DNA of 64,000 bases from Dehalococcoidia bacterium (GTDB lineage Bacteria; Chloroflexota; Dehalococcoidia; Bin125), in NCBI GenBank assembly GCA_965203165.1, contig OZ241849.1, positions 367,583-431,582 of the forward strand, given 5' to 3'. Made by a program: the position numbers and the translations under genes. Shown piece by piece: positions 47,542 through 55,388 of this stretch (position 1 is the stretch's first letter; each line of letters begins with the position of its first letter). The notes under the pieces are model-generated. The model ran no database searches. It saw only the letters and a list, made by a program, of their open reading frames with translations, and was not told the DNA's origin.

Positions 47542-49377
47542 ATGCCCCCGCCCGTTCGCAACTTCTGCATCGTCGCGCATATCGACCATGGCAAGTCGAC
47601 CCTCTCCGATCGGCTGCTGGAGGCCACGGCGACCGTCGACCCGCGCAACATGTCCGACCAGCTGCTGGACAGCATGGCGCTGGAGCGCGAGAAGGGCATC
47701 ACGATCAAGGCGCGCGCGGTGCGCATGCAGCACACCGCGCGCGACGGGCAGGACTACAAGCTCCATCTGATCGACACGCCCGGGCACGTCGATTTCTCCT
47801 ACGAAGTCTCGCGCAGCCTGGCGGCGGCGGAGGGCGCGCTGCTCGTGGTGGACGCCGCGGAGGGCATTCAGGCGCAGACGCTCGCCAATGTCTATCTGGC
47901 GCTCGAACAGGACCTCACGCTGGTGCCGGTGATCAACAAGATCGACCTGCCCGTCGCGCGGCCGCAGGCGATCGCCGCCGAGCTCGCCGACGTGGTCGGC
48001 TTCTCGCTCGATGAGATGCTCTACGTCTCGGCCAAGACGGGCGAGGGCGTTGCGGGGCTGCTCGAGGCGATCGTGGAGCGCATCCCGCCGCCCAAGGGCG
48101 AGCCCGACGAGCCGCTGCGCGCGCTGATCTTCGACTCCGAATACGACCCCTACAAGGGCGTGATCGCGCATGTGCGGGTGGTGGACGGGGAGGTCGCGGG
48201 CCGCGCGCAACTGCGGCTCAACGCCGCCGACCGCCGCTTCGAGGCGATGGAGGTGGGCAGCTTCGCGCCCGACCTGCAGGCGCTGCCCAGCCTCACCGCC
48301 GGCGATGTCGGCTACGTGGCGACCGGGCTCAAAGAAGTCGGCGATGTGCGGGTCGGCGACACGATGACCGCCGCCGCGCGGCAGCGGCCCGAACCGCTGC
48401 CCGGCTACCGCGAGCCCAAGGCGATGGTCTTCGCCGGCCTCTACCCGGCCAACAGCGCGGACTACCAGGACCTCAGCGACGCGCTGGACAAGCTGCGCCT
48501 CTCGGATTCCTCGATCCTCTACCAGGCCGAGTCCTCGGCGGCGCTCGGTTTCGGCTACCGCATGGGCTTCCTCGGGCTGCTGCATATGGAGATCGTGCAG
48601 GAGCGGCTGGAGCGCGAGTACGGGCTCGAACTGGTCTTCACCGCGCCGTCGGTCGAGTACGAGGTCGAGACCACCGACGGGCGCGTTGAGCGAATCGAGA
48701 ATCCGTCGCTGCTGCCCGCGCCGCCGCGCATCGCCGAAATCCGCGAGCCGTGGGTGCAGATTCACGTGATCGCCCCGCAGCGCTTCGTGGGCACGGTGAT
48801 GGAGGCAGTGACAGGCCGGCGCGGGCGCTTCGAGCGGATGGAGTACCTCCAGCGCAGCGGCGTAAGCGACAACGGCGGCGGCGAAGACCAAATCCGCGTG
48901 CTGCTCGAATACGCGATCCCGCTCTCCGAAATCCTGACCGACTTCTACGACGACCTCAAATCGCGCACGCACGGCTACGCCAGCCTCGACTACACCTTCA
49001 CCGGCTACCAGGCGGCCAAGCTGGTCAAGCTCGACCTGCTGATCAACGGCGAGCCGGTCGACGCCCTCTCGGCAATCGTCCACGCCGACCGCGCGGCGAC
49101 GGACGGACGGCGCCTCGCCGACCGCCTGCGCAAGCTGATCCCGCGGCAGCTCTTCGATGTGCCGATCCAGGCCGCCGTAGGCGGCAGAATCGTCGCCCGC
49201 GAGACCGTCCGCGCAATGCGCAAGAACGTCACCGCGAAGTGCTACGGCGGCGACATCACGCGCAAGCGCAAGCTGCTCCAGCGCCAGGCCGAAGGCAAAA
49301 AGCGCCTCAAGCGCGTAGGCAACGTCGAAATCCCCCAAGAAGCGTTCCTGGCCGTCCTACAGATCGGCAAGGACTGA
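47542..49377 (+). CDS. lepA: elongation factor 4
   Basis: AHIDHGKSTL, EREKGITIK, DTPGHVDF, KCYGGDITRKRKLL. Confidence 0.97.
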   Translation: MPPPVRNFCIVAHIDHGKSTLSDRLLEATATVDPRNMSDQLLDSMALEREKGITIKARAVRMQHTARDGQDYKLHLIDTPGHVDFSYEVSRSLAAAEGALLVVDAAEGIQAQTLANVYLALEQDLTLVPVINKIDLPVARPQAIAAELADVVGFSLDEMLYVSAKTGEGVAGLLEAIVERIPPPKGEPDEPLRALIFDSEYDPYKGVIAHVRVVDGEVAGRAQLRLNAADRRFEAMEVGSFAPDLQALPSLTAGDVGYVATGLKEVGDVRVGDTMTAAARQRPEPLPGYREPKAMVFAGLYPANSADYQDLSDALDKLRLSDSSILYQAESSAALGFGYRMGFLGLLHMEIVQERLEREYGLELVFTAPSVEYEVETTDGRVERIENPSLLPAPPRIAEIREPWVQIHVIAPQRFVGTVMEAVTGRRGRFERMEYLQRSGVSDNGGGEDQIRVLLEYAIPLSEILTDFYDDLKSRTHGYASLDYTFTGYQAAKLVKLDLLINGEPVDALSAIVHADRAATDGRRLADRLRKLIPRQLFDVPIQAAVGGRIVARETVRAMRKNVTAKCYGGDITRKRKLLQRQAEGKKRLKRVGNVEIPQEAFLAVLQIGKD

Positions 49378-49398
49378 GCGTTCTCCGCCGCCCGCGCG

Positions 49399-49836
49399 CT
49401 AGCTCTCTTCGCCGATGCAGCCTGTGGCCCTCAGCTGATTGCGGATGTCCTCCGGGAGCAGATTTCGCGCGGTCTCCAGGGCGTTCGCTGCCGCCAGTAG
49501 CGCGGGCGTACTGAGCGCGACGGTGTCAAAGAGCCAGTCGGCGGGTTGCTCTTCGCCAAACGCCAGGAGAACTCGCGCCGCTTCCGTGCTCGCCGCATGG
49601 AACGCGATGAGCACATCCGGCGGCGTCGCCGCGGCGAGTTCGTCGTAGACATCGCTGAGCTCAGCGGTGAAATCCCCCCACGTTTCCCAAACCTCGTCAA
49701 AGCCCGAGCGCGCGCCGCACTGCGCGGCATACTCGGCGACGGTCAGCGCGTCGTCGTCGCTGGCGCACGCCGCAACAACGGCGGCCGCCGCGAGCGCCGC
49801 CAACAGGAGCCGGAGCGGCATCATCCGTCGTCGCAT
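49399..49836 (-). CDS. putative lipoprotein
   Basis: MRRR + hydrophobic stretch + VAAC lipobox; GGAGG RBS. Confidence 0.7.
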   Translation of the reverse strand: MRRRMMPLRLLLAALAAAAVVAACASDDDALTVAEYAAQCGARSGFDEVWETWGDFTAELSDVYDELAAATPPDVLIAFHAASTEAARVLLAFGEEQPADWLFDTVALSTPALLAAANALETARNLLPEDIRNQLRATGCIGEES

Positions 49837-49994
49837 GGTGGCCTCCTCACGTCCGCCCCGCAGCGTTTGGGGGTTGCGCGGTTTCGTCCCTACCACGGTA
49901 CCCCCGCGAGATCAGATCCGGCACACCTGCGCTCGCCGCGAGTATCTCGCTGAGCACAGTATCCAAGCTCCGTTCTCGTCTCTGTCCCCCCTTT

Positions 49995-50460
49995 CCGTCA
50001 TTCCTGCGCAGGCAGGAACGCAAGCGGTCTCCGATGTCGGTACGCGGCTCGGTGTTGCGGCAGCCGGGCACAGCCGCTTGTGCACCGTCGCTGAGCATCT
50101 AGGCCGGGATGGGCCACGCCCACTGCACGGGTTCCTGCCTGCGCAGGAATGACGGGGAGGGGGTGCAGGAATGACGAGAGGGGGCGTGGAGATGACGGGG
50201 GATGACGAAGGTGGCGTGGGGATGATGCAGGGGGCGCAGGTGTGACGGGGAGGGAGGAAGGGGCGATCGGGGCATGTACGACCAGTGGCGGCGGCTCGCG
50301 GCCTCTCACCCCCCACCTAACCTCCCCCCTGGAAGGGGGGAGGGATGAATTGGGGCCTCTCCTCGATCCGGTGAGCTGTGAGGTCTTCAACGACCTGGAG
50401 GGGGGGGGGATTGGGGCATCCCCTGGTCAGGGGGGAAGGATGAATTGGGGGAGGAGGGGA
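49995..50460. repeat. inverted CGTC palindrome doublet (49995-50155) followed by G-rich degenerate repeats and a CCCCCCACCTAACCTCCCCCCT-N-AGGGGGGAGG element
   Basis: 25-bp arms in inverted orientation around 111 nt; same architecture at 63601-63985. Confidence 0.8.
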
Positions 50461-50488
50461 TGGCGGACGCGATTAGCGTGAGTGAGGG

Positions 50489-51895
50489 TTAGCCGGCTTC
50501 CGCGCCCGCCTCTTCAGGCAGCGGCGTTGCCCCCAGGCCATTTTCGGCTACCGCCGGCGGCGGCTCTGCTGCATCCTCCACCGGCTCCTCGACCTCAAGC
50601 ACCCCAGCGGTTTCGCGGATGCTGGCGCGCAGCTCCGCCAGGACCTCCGGATCCGGATCCTCGATCGCGAAATTAACCAACTCATACAGCGCCGCGACCG
50701 GAATCAGCGCGTAGCCGAACGTCTCGCAGGCGTTCTCCAGCGGGCGCGTCCAGGCCTGGCGGCGCATGCCGGGGTCGAGGTCGCGCTGGCCGCTGACCAC
50801 GATGATCCCCTTTGGCCGCTCCTGACGGCTCAGAAAATGCTCTTCGAGACGCCCCTGCAGCGTCAGATAGACACGCTCGCTGACGGTCTGCTCCGATGCC
50901 GCCAGCTCGAGCAGCGCGGCGCCCTCGTCATCCTTCAGTTCCGCGCCCGACGCGCCGTCGGCGACCTGGTAGCCGAGCAGGCGGAAGGCGTCTGCGGTCA
51001 ATGCCGCCAGCCGCGCGCCGTTGGGCCGCCAGAGCAGTTCGGAGAAGCGGGCGGCCTCGGCCAGTGCCGCGCGGGTTTCCGTCTCGCGCCGCTGCGCTTC
51101 CTGCAGTTCGATGGCGGCGGCGGTCAGCGCCTCGCGCGCGGCGGCGATCGGCTCGGTGTCGTAGCGCCGCGCCCAGTTCGGCTCGCGCCCCGCGCCGTCT
51201 TCATCGACCAGCCGGGTCAGCAGTTCGAGCACGGCGGTGGTGAAGCGCTTGCGATCGGCGGTGGTCAGCCCGTCCTGCGGCGGCGGGGCGAAGACCAGAC
51301 GCCCCGCGCCCGCCTCGAATTCCGCCGCGATCGCCGCGCCCCCGACGCTGCGCGCCAGCACCTGCGCGCCCCGAGGGAAGTCGGGCGAGCGCTCTTCCCA
51401 GACCGCGCGGTAGCGCAGCCGCCCGCTCAGCTCGTCCAGATAGTCGGCCAGCGGATGCTGCGGCGCGCTGGCGCGAATCTCCCGCCCGTCGCCCGCGCGC
51501 AGGGTGGGCCAGCGTAGCGCGCCGGGCCCCGGCGAGGGGATCAGCGTGTAGCGCTCCAGCCCCGGCATCGAAGCGACTGACGAATGCCCGATGTTGGGGT
51601 GCGCCAAGACGAGCAGTACGCCGCCACGCTCGATCAGCTGCTGCAACTCCAGCCGCCGCTGCTCAAGCAGCTCGCCGAGCCCAAAGCTGAACGCGCCCGA
51701 CGCTCCGGCCTGCACCGGCCGCCCATCCGAAGAGCGCAGCCCGGAGCCGCCAGCCGCGAGCCCCTCAATCTGCTCGGAGACGGCGTAGGGATCCCACACA
51801 CAGGCGTCGTAGTCGAACAGCGAGGGCGCGTTGGCGATGGAGTGGTTGTCCACCAACGGGCTGGGCAAGGGGCAGCCAATCGAAACGACGCGCAT
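50489..51895 (-). CDS. hypothetical protein (coiled-coil middle region)
   Basis: long ORF with typical codon usage; FDYD..WDP N-terminus; no confident family. Confidence 0.7.
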   Translation of the reverse strand: MRVVSIGCPLPSPLVDNHSIANAPSLFDYDACVWDPYAVSEQIEGLAAGGSGLRSSDGRPVQAGASGAFSFGLGELLEQRRLELQQLIERGGVLLVLAHPNIGHSSVASMPGLERYTLIPSPGPGALRWPTLRAGDGREIRASAPQHPLADYLDELSGRLRYRAVWEERSPDFPRGAQVLARSVGGAAIAAEFEAGAGRLVFAPPPQDGLTTADRKRFTTAVLELLTRLVDEDGAGREPNWARRYDTEPIAAAREALTAAAIELQEAQRRETETRAALAEAARFSELLWRPNGARLAALTADAFRLLGYQVADGASGAELKDDEGAALLELAASEQTVSERVYLTLQGRLEEHFLSRQERPKGIIVVSGQRDLDPGMRRQAWTRPLENACETFGYALIPVAALYELVNFAIEDPDPEVLAELRASIRETAGVLEVEEPVEDAAEPPPAVAENGLGATPLPEEAGAEAG

Positions 51896-51982
51896 GCAAG
51901 CGGCTCCCTCTTCAGCCCCCGGTGGGGCCCTTGGCAATCGACTCTACTATGCGGAGCGCCGATCCCGGCGGCGGTTCGGCGA

Positions 51983-52011
51983 TTGACGAGGGTAGATGGG
52001 CCGCGTAACCT
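51983..52011 (+). promoter_or_regulatory. sigma70-type promoter of SRP RNA
   Basis: TTGACG-17 nt-TAACCT just upstream of the RNA start. Confidence 0.65.
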
Positions 52012-52017
52012 GAATTC

Positions 52018-52283
52018 GGTCGTGCTAGGCGGGGAGCTAGCGGTGCCCTCCACCTGCAATCCGCTCCAGCAGGGCTGAATTCCGGCCTGAGGGCTACGTC
52101 ATGACCCCTACCGACGCCAAGTGGTGTTGAAGCCTGGGTCCCGCGCGGCGAGCCACCGTGAACCCCGTCAGGTCCGAAAGGAAGCAGCGGTAAGCGGGCG
52201 GTTTCGGGTGACGCGGGAGCGCCTGGGCGGAGCCGGCTAGCGGCGGCAAGCTCATGGCGGCGTTCGACGGCAGGTGCACGGCC
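52018..52283 (+). ncRNA. ffs: signal recognition particle RNA, long (Alu-domain, Bacillus-type) form
   Basis: CGTGCTAGGCGGGGAGCTAGCGGTGCCC...GCAATCCGC...AGCAGGG Alu part; CAGGTCCGAAAGGAAGCAGC S-domain; ends pair (GGTCGTGC/GCACGGCC). Confidence 0.92.
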
Positions 52284-52329
52284 ACCCCTTCACTCACACC
52301 CGGCGCGTCGGGATCGGCGTGCGGATCCT

Positions 52330-53157
52330 ATGAGCCGCTCCAAACGACGACGCCTCGGACAGCACCTGCTGCGCGATGAGCGCGTGCTCGACCGAATCAT
52401 CGACGCCCTCCCCGCGCAGCCCGCGCCGCTGCTCGAAATCGGCCCCGGCGACGGCGCGCTGACCGCCCGCCTGGCGGCGCTCGACCGCCCGCTCGCCGCC
52501 GTCGAGCTCGACCCCGCCATGGCCTGGCAGGCGCGCCGGCGCCTCTCGCAACTGCAATCGCCGTCCAACGCGCTCGTGCTCGAAGGCGACATCCTCGACA
52601 TCGAGCCGGCCGAGGCCCTCGCCGCCGCCGGCGCGTCTGCGCCCTACGGACTGGTCGGCAACCTCCCCTACGCGATCACCGCGCCGATCCTGCGCCGCTT
52701 CCTCGCCGAAGTCGAGCCGACGCCGAACTGGCTGCTGATCATGGTGCAGCACGAGGTCGCGCGGCGCATCGCCGCGCCGCCGGGCAAGCTCTCCCTGCTC
52801 GGCGTCTCCGTCCAGTTCTACGCGGAGGCGGAGTACCTCTTCGCGGTGGAGCGGGAGAGCTTTCGCCCGCCGCCGGAGGTGCGCTCGGCGGTGGTGCGGA
52901 TTACGCGGCTGCCCGCGCCCGCCGTGGACGTGCCCGGCGAGGCGCGCTTCTTCGAGGTCGTCCGCGCCGGCTTCCGACACCCGCGCAAGCAGCTGCACAA
53001 CGCGCTCGCGCAGGGCATCTGGCTGGAAGAGGGCGAGGCGCAGCGCTGGCTGGCGGAGTGCGAGATCGATGCGGCGCGCCGCCCGCAGACGCTGACGCTG
53101 GAAGAGTGGGCGCGGCTGGCCTGGTGGCGCGAGCGCAGCGGGGCGCCCCTCACATGA
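52330..53157 (+). CDS. rsmA: 16S rRNA m6,2A dimethyltransferase
   Basis: LGQHLL, EIGPGDGALT, GNLPYAIT, MVQHEVA, FRPPPEVRS. Confidence 0.93.
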   Translation: MSRSKRRRLGQHLLRDERVLDRIIDALPAQPAPLLEIGPGDGALTARLAALDRPLAAVELDPAMAWQARRRLSQLQSPSNALVLEGDILDIEPAEALAAAGASAPYGLVGNLPYAITAPILRRFLAEVEPTPNWLLIMVQHEVARRIAAPPGKLSLLGVSVQFYAEAEYLFAVERESFRPPPEVRSAVVRITRLPAPAVDVPGEARFFEVVRAGFRHPRKQLHNALAQGIWLEEGEAQRWLAECEIDAARRPQTLTLEEWARLAWWRERSGAPLT

Positions 53158-54116
53158 GCGCCGCTCGCGCGATCGCGCCGGCCAAGCTGAACCTGACACT
53201 GGAGGTGCTGGGACGCCGCGCCGACGGCTACCACGACCTCGAATCGGTCGTCGTGCAGCTCGATCTGGCCGACGAATTGAGGCTGACCGCAGCGGCAACG
53301 CGCAACATAACGTACCGCGACGATCGGGGGCATCCCGTCCCCATCCTCGGCCCCGACATCGTCGAGCGGGCCTGGGACCGCCTGCTGCAACTGGATCGGG
53401 AACGCGGCTGGCGCGCGGTCCCGGCGACAGCGCGCCTGGAAGTGCGAAAGCAGATTCCCGTCGCCGGCGGCCTGGGCGGCGGCTCGGCCGACGCCGCGGC
53501 GTTTCTGCGCCTCGCCCGCGCCGCCTGGTCGCTGCCGCTCGACGACGACGCGCTGCGCGAACTCGGCGCGGAGCTTGGCTCCGATCTGCCGGCCTGCATC
53601 GCGGGCGGATCGCTGCGCATGTCCGGGCGTGGCGAACAGCTGCAACCGATCGCTGCGCCGTCCAGCGCGCTGAGCAGCTGGACCGCGCTGATTGCGACGC
53701 CGGAGATTCCCGTTCCCGCCGACAAGACTGCGGCGATGTACCGCAGCCTGCGTCCGACACATTTCAGCGCCGGCGGCGCGACCGACGCGCTCGCGAAACG
53801 CCTCGCCGAAGGTCTACCGCCCGCGCGCGAGCACTGCGTCAACAGCTTCGACGCCGTGGCCGACGAGACGCTGCAAGGATTGCGCCCCGCCCGCCGCGCA
53901 TTCGGCGCAGCCGTCGCACGCGCCGCAGCCGAGCACAATCTCGCGCCGCCCGCGCCGCTGCTTGCGGGCGCGGGACCGTCGCTCTTCGCGATCCTGCCGC
54001 CCGCCGCCGCCGAAACCGCCGCCGCCGCGCTGCGACCGCGCTGGCGCGGCGCAATTCACGTGGCCCGCCCGCTCTCGCGGAGCGACGCAACGCGGGTCGA
54101 TCGGGTAGGCGGCTGA
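53154..54116 (+). CDS. ispE: 4-diphosphocytidyl-2-C-methyl-D-erythritol kinase
   Basis: APAKLNLTL, DGYHDLES, IPVAGGLGGGSADAAA, LGSD. Confidence 0.92.
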   Translation: MSAARAIAPAKLNLTLEVLGRRADGYHDLESVVVQLDLADELRLTAAATRNITYRDDRGHPVPILGPDIVERAWDRLLQLDRERGWRAVPATARLEVRKQIPVAGGLGGGSADAAAFLRLARAAWSLPLDDDALRELGAELGSDLPACIAGGSLRMSGRGEQLQPIAAPSSALSSWTALIATPEIPVPADKTAAMYRSLRPTHFSAGGATDALAKRLAEGLPPAREHCVNSFDAVADETLQGLRPARRAFGAAVARAAAEHNLAPPAPLLAGAGPSLFAILPPAAAETAAAALRPRWRGAIHVARPLSRSDATRVDRVGG

Positions 54117-54117
54117 G

Positions 54118-54537
54118 ATGCCCGCCGTGCAAGCGCTGCTCGCCGGACTGATCAGCGGCGCCTCCGTCGCCGTCTTCGGTTACCTCATCTTCGGCCCGCT
54201 GCTCGCCACCGTGCCCGTCACCAACCGCATCCGCCGACAGTTCAACGACCCTTCCAACTGGGTGATGATCGGCCTCGCCATCTCCTTCTCTGCGCAGATC
54301 GCCTGCGTCGTCGTCGGCTTGCTGCTCGGCCTCGTCCTCTGGTCCGCGAGCGGCGATCTCGCGCCCGGTCTGGGCAGCCCCTCCTGGGTCTACACCGCCT
54401 CGGTCCTGGTCGCGCTGGCCAGTCTCGCGCTCAGCGCCGCGCTCGTGCTGCCCAACCGCCGCCGCAGGATTGCGCTGCTGGCGCTGCTCGCCGCCGGCTG
54501 CCTGGGCTGGATGCTGCCGCACCTCGCCGCCGCCTGA
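54118..54537 (+). CDS. hypothetical membrane protein
   Basis: four hydrophobic segments; starts 1 nt after ispE. Confidence 0.65.
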   Translation: MPAVQALLAGLISGASVAVFGYLIFGPLLATVPVTNRIRRQFNDPSNWVMIGLAISFSAQIACVVVGLLLGLVLWSASGDLAPGLGSPSWVYTASVLVALASLALSAALVLPNRRRRIALLALLAAGCLGWMLPHLAAA

Positions 54538-54628
54538 CCTGTCGCCTGCCTGACGGCGTGAACCTTAGCCGCCCGTGCGTATACTCAGTGCGGGCGGCCC
54601 GCTTGCCGCCCCTGGCGAGAGACTTCAC

Positions 54629-55345
54629 GTGGACCCAAGCTCCCTCAACGGCACCATCCTCGACGCGCATTTGCACACCGTGCGAGGGGCGGCCGACAGC
54701 GCCTTACAGCCCGATGACCTGCTCGCGGAAGCGCGGCGGATCGGGTTGACCGGGCTCAACATCTCCGAGCACGACCGCGTCTGGGAGCGCTACGACTGGA
54801 ACGCGTTCCGCGAGCAGTGCGACGGCATCTACCTCAATCAGGGGATGGAGGTCTCGACCGACCTGGGGCACATCGTCGTCTTCGGCATCGACCAGTACTA
54901 CAGCGGCATTCGCTCCGCCGAGCGGCTGCGCGAGGTCTGCGACGAGATCGGCGCGTTTATGTCGGTGGCCCACCCCTTCCGACACTTCTTCGACCCCGTC
55001 ACCTTCCGCCGCAAGGGCGAGGAGCCGTTCTCGATGTCGCCCGAAGAGGCGGCGGAGAAGATGCGCGTCTTCCAGGTCGTGCACGGCATCGAGGTCGGCA
55101 ACGGCGGCAACACCCGCCGCGAAAACATTTTCGCGCTCGAAGTCGCCCAAATCCTGAACAAGCCCGTCACCGGCGGCTCCGACGCCCACTCCACCAGCGG
55201 CATCGGAACCTACACCACCGTCTTCCCCGAGCCGCTCACCTGCCGCGAGCAAACCGTGCAACTGCTGCACGACGGTGCGACGGTCTGCTACGAGGGCCTC
55301 AACCTCAATCAATTTCGCCCGTTCGAGAAGTGCGCGGAGGACTGA
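54629..55345 (+). CDS. PHP-domain metallophosphoesterase
   Basis: DAHLHT, SEHD, AHP, GSDAH. Confidence 0.85.
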   Translation: MDPSSLNGTILDAHLHTVRGAADSALQPDDLLAEARRIGLTGLNISEHDRVWERYDWNAFREQCDGIYLNQGMEVSTDLGHIVVFGIDQYYSGIRSAERLREVCDEIGAFMSVAHPFRHFFDPVTFRRKGEEPFSMSPEEAAEKMRVFQVVHGIEVGNGGNTRRENIFALEVAQILNKPVTGGSDAHSTSGIGTYTTVFPEPLTCREQTVQLLHDGATVCYEGLNLNQFRPFEKCAED

Positions 55346-55388
55346 GGCCCAAACCGGCCGATCGGGCGCGCCGTCTAGACTCGCCGGC

